Shown here: positions 46,776-56,046 of the stretch, in pieces | Numbering within the stretch: the stretch's first letter is position 1 | How the letters are laid out: every line of letters begins with the position of its first letter | Origin: a virus | Taxonomy: Duplodnaviria; Caudoviricetes | Length of the DNA stretch: 64,000 nt | Virus record (IMG/VR): IMGVR_UViG_3300031088_000008 | Span: 256,001-320,000 of that record | Strand: one strand, 5' to 3' | The notes under the pieces: generated by a model | What the model was told of the DNA's origin: nothing | What the model saw: only the letters and a program-made list of their open reading frames with translations | The model's database searches: none | Program-made: the position numbers and the translations under genes

Positions 46776-47025
46776 AACGCAGCTTGGCCTCCACTGCCAG
46801 CTTGCTATCCTTGAAAATGATCAGACCCGTTATGGGCGCTAGGTAATCATTCCTGGCGTTCTTATCGCCACGTTTGTAGCCCTGACTGTCCAGCCATTCC
46901 TTTAGCTCGTCGATCTTCTCCAAGCTATCAAAGATAGCAGGGGTCCAGTCGGCTTGCGCCTGGTACATGGGATACTTGCGTTGCACTTCCTTGAATGCTG
47001 CCTGGGCTTTGTTGAGCTCGGTCAT
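46768..47025 (-). CDS. DAxxFKL-family small protein
   Basis: LKEWL...IFKDSKLAVEAKLRFG. Confidence 0.7.
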   Translation of the reverse strand: MTELNKAQAAFKEVQRKYPMYQAQADWTPAIFDSLEKIDELKEWLDSQGYKRGDKNARNDYLAPITGLIIFKDSKLAVEAKLRFG

Positions 47026-47687
47026 CAGTTGAGCAACCTATCGGGGTTGGTAAGCAGGATCTCCCGCTCCATTTCAATATTGCCGCGGACCACCTCGCTC
47101 AACGCTTTGGCCTGATGGGTGCTGAACATTGTCTCGGGGTCCAGCTTTTCCAGGAAGTCAAGCCGCCCCTTCAGGTAACCCTCGCGGCCATAGCTTTGAA
47201 ACTCTCGCCAGACATCGCGAGCGTACTCCAGGTACTTGCAAGTGGGAGCGAGAAAGATGCTCATGTCGGCATCGTTGATGATTGAAAAGATCAGCGCCTG
47301 TCTGGGAGCCACCTTGTGGTACTTGGTGGTCATGATCAGATCCGTGACAGTGTTCTGCTTCAGCAGCGCGTGACGATGAATGTCCCGTCGTCGGGCATAT
47401 TCAACCCACCGTGCCGCGCTTGCTTCTTCGTTGTCCTTTCGACCAACCTCATAGACCACATCGTGGTAAAAGAGTGCGAAGATGACGAGTGGCTGGTAGC
47501 CATAGTGGCGGAACACAAACTGGATGGTCTCCAGAATGTGCTGCCACGTATGGTAGTGTCGTCCAGCAGGTGATCCCTGGTAGGCCGCACGGATGGCGAG
47601 ATACTCCCGCCAATCCGGTTTCAGCCCAAATTCCTTGTGGGCCTCATTCCAAGCCCACGCGAGATAGAGATCCTGCCTTACTTTCAT
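47025..47687 (-). CDS. metal-dependent HD phosphohydrolase (COG4339-like)
   Basis: RHYHT..HI, FYHDVVY, DNEEASA, TKYH, DADMSI, EY...V.REF. Confidence 0.88.
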   Translation of the reverse strand: MKVRQDLYLAWAWNEAHKEFGLKPDWREYLAIRAAYQGSPAGRHYHTWQHILETIQFVFRHYGYQPLVIFALFYHDVVYEVGRKDNEEASAARWVEYARRRDIHRHALLKQNTVTDLIMTTKYHKVAPRQALIFSIINDADMSIFLAPTCKYLEYARDVWREFQSYGREGYLKGRLDFLEKLDPETMFSTHQAKALSEVVRGNIEMEREILLTNPDRLLN

Positions 47688-49342
47688 CGCTCTATCGTAA
47701 CATCAGTTGCCTGTGCGTCAACTTCATAACGACGGAGCAGCTTGACAGTGTTCATCAGACCATAGGCGGCCGTGAACGCACCAAACCGGGGACCATCGCT
47801 GGAACCCAAAAAGCACTCATAGAGGGCTTGGAACCAGCTTCGAAGAGGATCAAAGCCGTGTGCCTTACCCACCTCGTAGACTTGGAACTGATATGCTTCA
47901 GCGTCCAAGCCCGGCTCCATGAGGACCAGACGATCCGCCAGATCCATGAACGCCGCTTGCTCCTGGTACGTTGGAGTCCTCAGATGCTGGCTGTAAAGCC
48001 CCTGAGCGGTTGCGTATGCAGTCACACGATGGGCCATCAGATGCACCCATGCCTTGTCAGCATTGCTGAGCGGCCTCTGGGCATCCAAGTAACGGACAAT
48101 CTCTTCCGCGTTGGTGCTCTGTGCGACGATCGCCAGATTCAAGAGAAGCGTGAAGGGAATGTCCGGAACCTCGCTGGTGTATCCATCGGCCTTGAAGAAC
48201 CAGGGACCATCGTTGAAGCCCAGTTCCTTCTGGCGCAGCTTGATGTACTCATCCTCGAACTTGGGGACGAGTTCCGCGTGAAGGGGCTTGGCAGCCTTGG
48301 GGTTCTGGAACATGAACAACTGAAGCGAGCCCGTGGTTCCATAAGTCAACCACTCCTCGATTGTGAAGCCGTTGCCCTTGCTCTTGCTGATCTTGGCACC
48401 ACCCTTGTCGAGGAAGAGTTCGTAGGTCATGTTCAGCGGGGGAGTGCCGCCGAGGATACGACAGATCTTGCTCGACGCCTTTACGCTGTCGATCAAGTCC
48501 TTTCCACTCATCTCATAGTCAACGTCAAAGTAGAGCCAGCGCATTGCCCAGTCCACCTTCCACTGAAGCTTGCTGCCACCGTTGCCCATCTGGACAATCC
48601 CGGTGTCAAAGTCCTTTCCATTGTTGTGGACAACCAGGCACGTTGGCTGATTCTCGGGAGTCACTGGGTAGCAGTAATCCTGAGTCAGCCGGCCCTCACG
48701 AAGAGGAAGGAATGGACTGTAGGTTGCACGGCGCTCTTCACCCAGCGTGGGAAGCATCACGTCTTGAATGGCATTGAAGTTTTCCGCCACGTGAGTCAGC
48801 ATGGCGTTGAACCTGCCGCTCCTGTAATAGCGCGACGAGCTCACAAAGGAAACCCGGCTGCGATCGGAACTGGCACCAACCACCGAGCCATCATAGGTCT
48901 TCAGGATGTTGTCCACGAAAGCGATCAGACGATCGTTGTTGGCCTCCGCAAAGCTGACCTGATCGACCATCATCTGCGTGGCGCCAGCGTTTTCCTGATA
49001 GGGGCTGGGGATGGTGCTCAGCGGCTTACCCAGATGATCGTTCATCCATTCCGGCAGACCATCGGGAACCTTCCGCATCGCATCATAGTCATCGCTGAAC
49101 ATGATCAGTCGAGTGTTGTAGGCGTTGTCCGTGAGTGCGTCAAATGCCTTCATGACCCACAGGGTGCGGACGACCTCTGCGAACGTTCCAATATGCGGAG
49201 CGCCCGAGGGACCATAGCCGGTCTGAAAAGTCACAGTGTCGCCGGCCACCTTTCCCTTGCGGGCAATGTGATCAATCAGCTTCCGTGCCTCTTGAAACGG
49301 CCAGCTCTTGGCTTGCTCAAACATATTGGTCCTTTCTATCAT
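47684..49342 (-). CDS. lysS: class I lysine--tRNA ligase
   Basis: TGYGPSGAPHIGTF.EV, SDDYD..RKVP, KLQWKVDWAMRW, KISKSKGNG, GPRFG. Confidence 0.96.
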   Translation of the reverse strand: MIERTNMFEQAKSWPFQEARKLIDHIARKGKVAGDTVTFQTGYGPSGAPHIGTFAEVVRTLWVMKAFDALTDNAYNTRLIMFSDDYDAMRKVPDGLPEWMNDHLGKPLSTIPSPYQENAGATQMMVDQVSFAEANNDRLIAFVDNILKTYDGSVVGASSDRSRVSFVSSSRYYRSGRFNAMLTHVAENFNAIQDVMLPTLGEERRATYSPFLPLREGRLTQDYCYPVTPENQPTCLVVHNNGKDFDTGIVQMGNGGSKLQWKVDWAMRWLYFDVDYEMSGKDLIDSVKASSKICRILGGTPPLNMTYELFLDKGGAKISKSKGNGFTIEEWLTYGTTGSLQLFMFQNPKAAKPLHAELVPKFEDEYIKLRQKELGFNDGPWFFKADGYTSEVPDIPFTLLLNLAIVAQSTNAEEIVRYLDAQRPLSNADKAWVHLMAHRVTAYATAQGLYSQHLRTPTYQEQAAFMDLADRLVLMEPGLDAEAYQFQVYEVGKAHGFDPLRSWFQALYECFLGSSDGPRFGAFTAAYGLMNTVKLLRRYEVDAQATDVTIER

Positions 49343-49380
49343 TCAGCAGACTAGCGCCACGTGGGCGCCAGTCAACCAGT

Positions 49381-49785
49381 TTAGCGGATCTTGTAAGTGG
49401 TCGTCACGACCGGCTCGACCAGACCGCGCTCCAGCAGAATGGGAAGCCACGAGGGGTCAATGTCCTTGAACTCGGGCTTGACTTCGCTCCAGTAGCGGAA
49501 GCGATCAGCGTTGAGCTTGATGACCTCGTCCAGGAGATCCTCACCGGGATAGATTTCCGAAAGCTGCTCGTATCGACCGGTGATCGTGTAGAGGCCCTGC
49601 CCCATTGTGCCACCGCCGAGAACGCTACGAATGACGATCTGCCCGTCCTTGTAGAAGCCGCCCAGCTTGAGCGCGTAGCCCTGCTGTCCATCGTAGGAGA
49701 CTTCATTGGGGACGTGAAGGAGAATGGGAGCCAGTGCCACGAGAATCTTGGCAAACTTCTCTGCGTCTTGTTCGATCTGCGACAT
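49381..49785 (-). CDS. hypothetical protein
   Basis: Promoter cassette, GAGGAG. Confidence 0.75.
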   Translation of the reverse strand: MSQIEQDAEKFAKILVALAPILLHVPNEVSYDGQQGYALKLGGFYKDGQIVIRSVLGGGTMGQGLYTITGRYEQLSEIYPGEDLLDEVIKLNADRFRYWSEVKPEFKDIDPSWLPILLERGLVEPVVTTTYKIR

Positions 49786-49850
49786 ACTTGGTGTCTCCTC
49801 TAGCTGTCTATGCACCAGAGTTAGCACCAGAATATATCGCGTCAACCACT

Positions 49851-50294
49851 TTATAGTTGGAATGTAAACCGCAGCCTGCTGGCTCGCTTCTTCATCCGCT
49901 TTTTGACCTTATGCTTGTCAAACGTGCTGCTGAGCTCCTCGGGATCATACTCCAGCGAGGGCCACTGGGCGATCTTCCTCAAGATCTTTGTTTCCAGTTC
50001 ATTGCACTTTTGGCGATAGTGAAGAACAGTCTTTTTCTGCGGCCCAGCGCGCTTGAGCATCTGGGTGTTTTCCTTCGTGGGCGTGTTTCGCTTGGATGGC
50101 CAGCGATGTGGTGATTGCTGGGTTCCCCGCAGTTCACGCTGAAACAAGTCCAGCCAACCCTGTAGGGCCCTCAGATCACCAATATGACGAGTCAGTGATA
50201 CCAGCTTGGCATGAGCTGCCTCCACCCCTGCATCAGTTAGTGCTTGGGTGAAGAATTCAACATTGCAGAAAACCTGCATGGGCGTGGGGTGCAT
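49851..50294 (-). CDS. basic hypothetical protein
   Basis: TAATG coupling. Confidence 0.55.
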   Translation of the reverse strand: MHPTPMQVFCNVEFFTQALTDAGVEAAHAKLVSLTRHIGDLRALQGWLDLFQRELRGTQQSPHRWPSKRNTPTKENTQMLKRAGPQKKTVLHYRQKCNELETKILRKIAQWPSLEYDPEELSSTFDKHKVKKRMKKRASRLRFTFQL

Positions 50295-50590
50295 TACTCA
50301 ACCTTCGTCAGTAGTCCGAAGACATTCTTCCTGGGAGTCCACCCATTGATGTGACCGTGGTTGTTGCTGATCTGAAACTGATCTGGACGAACAGCGGTCA
50401 CGATATGAAGGTACTGACTTCCGCGCACCTTGCAGAGCACGATGTCACCCTTCTGGGGGTCTCGATCTAAGGGAGTGATTGTGCAGAGTTGACCGCTGGA
50501 GATCTTGCCCGTCATGCTGTTGCCGCGAGGTCTGCATTGAATGGTTTTGCCCTCAAGGAGCTCTTGAATCAAATGTGTGGCCCAACTCAT
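50294..50590 (-). CDS. S24/S26 peptidase-like small protein
   Basis: RGNSM..I.SG, KGDIVL, YLH. Confidence 0.7.
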   Translation of the reverse strand: MSWATHLIQELLEGKTIQCRPRGNSMTGKISSGQLCTITPLDRDPQKGDIVLCKVRGSQYLHIVTAVRPDQFQISNNHGHINGWTPRKNVFGLLTKVE

Positions 50591-50628
50591 ACGCCCAGAC
50601 TAACTGAAGCCTGGGCGCATGTCAATCC

Positions 50629-51690
50629 TTAGTTGTCGGTTTCCACGTAGAGGCCGATTAGATCAATACCAGACGTTCCGTTCAACGAACCAGTTGAAGA
50701 CCAACCATATGCTGCCAAGAAGGCAGTGGTAGCTGGCATCTGGGCACTGTTGGTAACTATTCCACCAGTTGTGTATGGCTGGTTGGTTGCCGAATCAATG
50801 GCATTCAAACGTGTTATCTTCCAACCAATAAAGGTGCCACCTGGAGGGGCAAACAATACAAGGCGATAGAAGTCAGTGGAGACCGTTCCTGCTGGATAGT
50901 TGCTTCCAAGATCGATCAGTGTGGAGTTTGCGGTACCATTTGCGCCATAGATCATTAGATTGTTGGATGCTGTTGATCGTGCGACACCAATAGCGTTGGT
51001 GAGTGTCGTTGGCTCCACACCACCCGTACCAATTGCCGCAGTGCTTGAATAGAGGCCCACAAAGGCTCGTCCACTTGCCTGAGCAGCCGCATTGGTGATC
51101 GCGAACGTGCAGGTGTAAAAGAAACCGCCTGCATTGGGAACGCTACCACCGCGCCACCACTGCTGGTTGGTACGAAAGCCAGAGATCGAGCCGGTCAAAG
51201 AGGCCGTACCCACATAGCCCACACGTGGCAATGAGGTAAAATAATTGGTAGCGGCCAGCGTTCGAGCAGTAGCCGTACCAGTTGCAGTAATGGTCTGGCC
51301 AATCAACGTAGGAGCGTTTGAGCCAATGACTGGAACGATCTGGGCGATACGATTGAATCCAAGGTTTGCTTGCGCCGTGCTGTCAAGACCCATGGGACCA
51401 ACCCATGCAGGCATCACACGACCAGCCATGTCCTTGGCCCCCATTGCCAATCCACCGGAGCCGCTGCTCGTTGGCAAACTGGAGGAAAGCTTCAAATAGC
51501 CATTTTCAATGTTAGCATAAAGCGCGCCGCCCAGTGTGCCATTGTTGTTGAATTGAATGTCGCCGCTGTCACCGCCAACACCCATTGGGGTTGCCCATGC
51601 GACGTTGGCCGATCCACTGCTAGTTAGGACCTGACCCGCTGCGCCACTGGCCGCTGGAATCACAAGTCCGTTTTCCTTACCTGCTCTCAA
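50629..51690 (-). CDS. tail-fibre-like virion protein
   Basis: GQVLTSSGS..W, GDIQFNNNGTLGG fibre motifs; Gly/Thr/Ala-rich; AAAGGAGG before TTG. Confidence 0.75.
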   Translation of the reverse strand: MRAGKENGLVIPAASGAAGQVLTSSGSANVAWATPMGVGGDSGDIQFNNNGTLGGALYANIENGYLKLSSSLPTSSGSGGLAMGAKDMAGRVMPAWVGPMGLDSTAQANLGFNRIAQIVPVIGSNAPTLIGQTITATGTATARTLAATNYFTSLPRVGYVGTASLTGSISGFRTNQQWWRGGSVPNAGGFFYTCTFAITNAAAQASGRAFVGLYSSTAAIGTGGVEPTTLTNAIGVARSTASNNLMIYGANGTANSTLIDLGSNYPAGTVSTDFYRLVLFAPPGGTFIGWKITRLNAIDSATNQPYTTGGIVTNSAQMPATTAFLAAYGWSSTGSLNGTSGIDLIGLYVETDN

Positions 51691-51707
51691 GTTGCCCTCC
51701 TTTCAAA

Positions 51708-51732
51708 TGGGGTGGAAGTCTCCCTCCACCCC
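51708..51732 (-). terminator. hairpin between fibre genes
   Basis: GGGGTGGA/TCCACCCC inverted repeat. Confidence 0.55.
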
Positions 51733-51739
51733 AGTTCTA

Positions 51740-52678
51740 TTAACCAAAGATAACGTAAGACCAAGTACCAGCAATGGTACCAAAGCTGGAGAGATCAATG
51801 GTCGTAACGTTGTTGGAAGTTAGAGTGATGTTGTCGGGCTGAACCAACTGGTTGTTTTCGTCATAGACCTGAACCAGCACACCAGCGACCGCTAGGTTGT
51901 GGGCCAGTGCGATCGAACCACTGGTCAGACCTGCGTTGGCAAAGGTACCACGTACGATACGAGCCGCAGTCAATGCACCAATTGCAGTTGCGACCGTGGA
52001 CGCCGTTGCATATACTGGCGTATCACTTGCCGCACTGTTGAACATTAGAAAGCTGTCAGCGGCCACAGGAGTTGCCTTGACGGACAATCCAGTCTTCGTG
52101 AGACTAATGGTCAACACATCGTTGTTGGATGCGTCGCTGGCGACCGTTGTGATACCCAGCGTACCCGTGAACGTTAGGGTGTCAGCAGCGGCGTCCGCGA
52201 CTGCAGAGCCAGTGTTACCAGCAATGTTGACGAACACGTTGGGAACGCTTGGGCTGTTCCAGCTGAGCACACCCGAACCATTGGTCTGAAGAACCTGATT
52301 GGCTGCACCGTCGGTTGCTGGAAGGGTCCAAGTGATGTTGGCTGCAATGGTGTCCGCAGCCTTGAACGCAACAAAGTTCGTACCGTTGATGGCTTGGAAC
52401 TGAAGCGACGTGGTGCCGCCTGCTGCATTCTTGGTTGGAAGGATCTGAACGGCACCTGTGGTACCGGCCGTTGCGCCCGAACCCGGCTGAAGCGAGATCG
52501 AACCAGCAGCCGCTGTACCAAAGCCAGCACCGGCCTTTAGAGCCAATGCACCACCGGCCGAGTTGCCAGTGGAATTGCCGTCACCAACAATGACAGCCAG
52601 TGCCTTACCAGCCTGACCGCTTGCCGCGCCAGACCTTGTAACAATGTTGCCCTCTTGAGCAAAAGTACCAAAACGCAT
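51740..52678 (-). CDS. tail-fibre-like virion protein
   Basis: GG.L.L.AG.G, TWTLP.TDG.ANQVLQTNGSG.LSW, HNL...VLVQVYD; TAAATA at 52715. Confidence 0.78.
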   Translation of the reverse strand: MRFGTFAQEGNIVTRSGAASGQAGKALAVIVGDGNSTGNSAGGALALKAGAGFGTAAAGSISLQPGSGATAGTTGAVQILPTKNAAGGTTSLQFQAINGTNFVAFKAADTIAANITWTLPATDGAANQVLQTNGSGVLSWNSPSVPNVFVNIAGNTGSAVADAAADTLTFTGTLGITTVASDASNNDVLTISLTKTGLSVKATPVAADSFLMFNSAASDTPVYATASTVATAIGALTAARIVRGTFANAGLTSGSIALAHNLAVAGVLVQVYDENNQLVQPDNITLTSNNVTTIDLSSFGTIAGTWSYVIFG

Positions 52679-52749
52679 TGAAGACCTCCGATCGATGCCA
52701 GTATGGCAGTCGGATATTTACCCTGTTTGGGCGTCTTCAATACATTATG

Positions 52750-53064
52750 TTAAGAGACCACAACGATCCATTCGAGCAGACCTTGTGAAAAAGATCTGAG
52801 GCCAATCCGGACCTGACTTTCATTTATTGCCTTGACACTGTCGGGGATGACCATTTCATCGTCGGCATCGTAAATCGCGACGTTGACGTACTTTCGTCCG
52901 ATCTCATGGTCAACCAAGAGGAACCCCTCTTCATCCAGGTCACCGGATGAAAAGCCCTGCGTGTGGTTGATCTTTTGCCAGACGTTGGCACTTCCGTCAA
53001 ACGCAATCACAGACCCACCGGGCGCGCCCGAATTACTGATCTGTTTGATCCTGAGGTTTGACAT
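52750..53064 (-). CDS. small virion protein related to the fibre C-terminal domain
   Basis: HEIGRKYVNVAIYD...PD parallels HNL..VQVYD...PD of 51740; TAAGTA at 53097. Confidence 0.65.
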   Translation of the reverse strand: MSNLRIKQISNSGAPGGSVIAFDGSANVWQKINHTQGFSSGDLDEEGFLLVDHEIGRKYVNVAIYDADDEMVIPDSVKAINESQVRIGLRSFSQGLLEWIVVVS

Positions 53065-53144
53065 GCGGCAGACTTTTCCTGCTGTTTCTGATATAATACT
53101 TAGTTAATCAGAGCATAACGGAAACCTGTCAATGCCGCAATATA

Positions 53145-53432
53145 TCAGAGTACCCCAGCGTCGATCACGACGTGGGGGCGACCAGCGGCGCTATCAAAGG
53201 CGCTGTCCTCACGGACCTTACGCATGATGTGAATCTCGGGGTTCCGCACTTCATCATGGTCGTTGGACCAGATCTGCAGGTGGCGGGCGTTGCAGTGCTT
53301 GGAGGGGACCAGACCAGCGCGACCGCGAACACCCTTGTAGAGGCAGTCCTTGGTAAGCGTGGACTGAAACAGGCCCGTCCGCTTGTTGTAGACTTCCTTG
53401 CTGTTGAGATCGATGATCACGTAGTCGCTCAT
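53145..53432 (-). CDS. hypothetical protein
   Basis: Promoter cassette, AGGAG. Confidence 0.7.
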   Translation of the reverse strand: MSDYVIIDLNSKEVYNKRTGLFQSTLTKDCLYKGVRGRAGLVPSKHCNARHLQIWSNDHDEVRNPEIHIMRKVREDSAFDSAAGRPHVVIDAGVL

Positions 53433-53496
53433 TGCCTGACTCCTGTTTGTTCCGATAAACCAGAACTAGCAGGAATCAGGCCAACGTCAACCAGTT

Positions 53497-54072
53497 TTAT
53501 CGAGGACTGTGATCCTGGATGATCTCGCGCATGGTCTTGCCCTGGGGCATCACCAGTTCCACGTGGATAAAGCGATCCTTCAGGGACTGGGGAACCTCGA
53601 TGGACTCCAGGGGAATGATGCCCGAAGCGATCACATGGACCTGCGAATCCCCGATTGCTTCCAGGGCGTCCTCTTTGGCGTTTTCGATCTCCAGCTGCTC
53701 TGGGGTCATCTTCACGCTGACCACGTAGATAAAGCGCGTGGTAGCCTCCAGGGCAACGAGCTCTGCGCCCAGCTGGGGAAGTCGGTCCAGCCGCTCAGCT
53801 TCGTCGATCACGATCACATCGCACTTGAGTGCAGCCTCACGGATTGCCTCGATGCTGGGGTCCAGAACGCCCAAATTGTAGCGTGACCATTCCAGCTCAT
53901 GCGGAAAGCAGCTTCGGAGCGTCTTCTCGACTGCATCGACGACGCCGTTTGCAATGCTCTTGTTGATCACGAGAAGCGTGTCCTCGGTATCCCAGAACCA
54001 GCTTGTGATGCCTTCTTCGACTCGCTCGAAGCGTTCGCCGCCCACGTAACCCGTTGCATCCACTAGGTGCAT
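53497..54072 (-). CDS. degenerate AAA+-like protein
   Basis: VIVIDEAERL (Walker B) and SLKDRF (Arg finger-like); no Walker A. Confidence 0.55.
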   Translation of the reverse strand: MHLVDATGYVGGERFERVEEGITSWFWDTEDTLLVINKSIANGVVDAVEKTLRSCFPHELEWSRYNLGVLDPSIEAIREAALKCDVIVIDEAERLDRLPQLGAELVALEATTRFIYVVSVKMTPEQLEIENAKEDALEAIGDSQVHVIASGIIPLESIEVPQSLKDRFIHVELVMPQGKTMREIIQDHSPR

Positions 54073-54132
54073 GATGTTCTCCTTTGTTTCCGTTAAACCA
54101 GAGTTAGCACCAGTGCATCCAGTGTCAACCAG

Positions 54133-54288
54133 TTAAATGAGGTCTCGCTTCTTTATGTCACCACACTTTTCGCACTGTAGGTGGTAACGGTGGCCCACCA
54201 TTCCGGGACCACCATTCAAATTGTAATCATCGATAATGGACCACTTGTGAATGTGGCCCCAGATCAGCAGCTGGATGAGTCTAATCAT
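54133..54288 (-). CDS. small Zn-finger-like protein (51 aa, not in track)
   Basis: HIHKW...LQCEKCG. Confidence 0.6.
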   Translation of the reverse strand: MIRLIQLLIWGHIHKWSIIDDYNLNGGPGMVGHRYHLQCEKCGDIKKRDLI

Positions 54289-54297
54289 CCCACATCC

Positions 54298-54858
54298 TTA
54301 CTTGTAACTGTTGAGACGTGCAAGCTGCTCTTCCATCAAACGCTGACTTTTATCAGCCTGCGTGTCGTTGTCAGTGGTCACATCCTCGACGGACCAAATT
54401 GCACGAACCTGACCAACAGTATCATCGTTGTCCCAGAAGTCCATTACGGTCTGAAAGCCATGCGTCTCACCTGGAAGCACGATGCCACCGACCCGCTTGG
54501 CAGTTTCGCCAACCTTCGTGCAAGTGTCCAGGGGCGCGAATGCACGGGGACACTCATACAGTTTGCCACGAAGCGTCCAGCCCGAAATCTTAATCGAGCC
54601 CTTGTTGGTCATCTCCGTCTCGATCGTCCAGCTGGGATTCTCTCGGCTAAAGTGGAAGTCGGGAGTGGTCTCACCAACTACTTGAAAGGACCAGCTACCC
54701 TCGGGCGCCTTGGCCTTGGAGATCACTCCATCGTAGACAACTGCAAAGCAGAAGTAAGCGATGATGCCGAGGACGATCACCACCACGATCCGAAAGCTGA
54801 GCAGCAGACCAACGATTGCGCCTACGACGACGCCGTTGTGTGATCCTCTGTGTGCCAT
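54298..54858 (-). CDS. membrane-anchored periplasmic beta-sandwich protein
   Basis: N-terminal TM; AGGAGATCGG; TN.G...I.G..C...C...V.PGET. Confidence 0.7.
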   Translation of the reverse strand: MAHRGSHNGVVVGAIVGLLLSFRIVVVIVLGIIAYFCFAVVYDGVISKAKAPEGSWSFQVVGETTPDFHFSRENPSWTIETEMTNKGSIKISGWTLRGKLYECPRAFAPLDTCTKVGETAKRVGGIVLPGETHGFQTVMDFWDNDDTVGQVRAIWSVEDVTTDNDTQADKSQRLMEEQLARLNSYK

Positions 54859-54977
54859 CTTCCGATCTCCTACTGTTTCCGTTATCCAGAGTTAGCAGGT
54901 TCTGGTGAGTTGTCAACCAGTTCAGTCACAAAAAAGCGCACCGGTTTCCCAGCGCGCTTTTCTGTTAGGACCTTGGC

Positions 54978-55343
54978 TTACGCCGCGGCGGGCTCTGCAG
55001 CCGGCTCGTCCTTGTGGGCGACCGTTGCCGAAGCGCCCTCGACGTTGCCCTCGGTGCCTGCGGCGGTCAGCGCGTACCAGCCGTACTTGTCAGCCTTGAG
55101 GCCGAACTCGCTGGCGTCTGCGAGGATTGCCGATGCACCCAGCTTCTCGAGCTCCTTGTCGGAGACCTCGATGTTGACGCCCTTGGCCTTGGTGCCCTTG
55201 AGCTCGCTGAGCACGTGGGGGCCGGCCTTCCGATCGGTCGGACGCATGAACAGCGTGTTGTCCTTGATCTCGAGACGCAGCTTGCCACCCTTGCGGCCCT
55301 GGATCGCGTCGGTTGCTTCCTTGTTGAACTGTACGATACGCAT
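54978..55343 (-). CDS. KYGW-family protein (paralog 2)
   Basis: KLRLEIKDNTLFMRPTDR...FGLKADKYGWYALT; terminator 54933-54962. Confidence 0.8.
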   Translation of the reverse strand: MRIVQFNKEATDAIQGRKGGKLRLEIKDNTLFMRPTDRKAGPHVLSELKGTKAKGVNIEVSDKELEKLGASAILADASEFGLKADKYGWYALTAAGTEGNVEGASATVAHKDEPAAEPAAA

Positions 55344-55591
55344 AACTTCGATCTCCACTTGTTGTCTTCAACATCACCGCCCGGCGCGTTGTTATGTCAA
55401 CTTAGCGGATGCTTCCTAAACGTCAACAGTCAATGTCACTGTTTTTACATTCTTTTTACAACTGGTAATTGGCAGCCAAGGAAAAACCGCAGAATTCCAT
55501 ACACTTATGCAGGAATCCCACGGCAATCTTTGGCTAACAAAGTTGAAGCTGGTGTGGAACTTTTACACCAGCCAGTACGCAGATTGTGTAG

Positions 55592-55951
55592 TTAGACAGT
55601 CGCCGGAGGGTTCTTGACCTCCACTTCCGTGACCTCATAGTCGTGATTCGTGAGATGTTCGAGCACGTCCTCGTCGGCATACGTGTCGAGGACCATGATC
55701 TTCCGGACTTCCGCGAGGTGCTCGGCCAGTTCAGCCTCGTAGTCTTTCCGCGTATAAGTGCCGCCGCCCTTTTTGGCCATGCCCTCCAGACGCCAGAGAA
55801 ACGTGGGCTTCTTCAGCGTCATGGCCGCTTCGATTTCGATGTTTGCAGCGGCCGCCCAGTCCTTGGCGAAAGTCTCGTCGCTGGTTACGAACAGCGGAGT
55901 CTTGGTCTCACCCTCGTATCCATCGTCCCGAACTCGTTCCACCAACCACAT
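55592..55951 (-). CDS. hypothetical protein
   Basis: GAGGAGATCGA RBS, promoter cassette. Confidence 0.75.
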   Translation of the reverse strand: MWLVERVRDDGYEGETKTPLFVTSDETFAKDWAAAANIEIEAAMTLKKPTFLWRLEGMAKKGGGTYTRKDYEAELAEHLAEVRKIMVLDTYADEDVLEHLTNHDYEVTEVEVKNPPATV

Positions 55952-56016
55952 GCTCGATCTCCTCGTTGTTCAACTCTGGATAGCAACTTTGGACAGCATG
56001 TCAACCAGTCAAGGAA

Positions 56017-56041
56017 AAGGCCGGAGTTTCCTCCGGCCTCC
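56017..56041 (-). terminator. intrinsic terminator
   Basis: GGCCGGAG-GAAA-CTCCGGCCTTTT on the - strand. Confidence 0.8.
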
Positions 56042-56046
56042 TCGTT

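Noticed and set aside
47489-49354. Long antisense ORFs (also 25559-27373, 8959-9870, 20075-20989, 1630-2496, 61693-62577)
   Set aside because: Shadows of GC3-rich genes on the opposite strand, which carry the motifs and RBS or promoters
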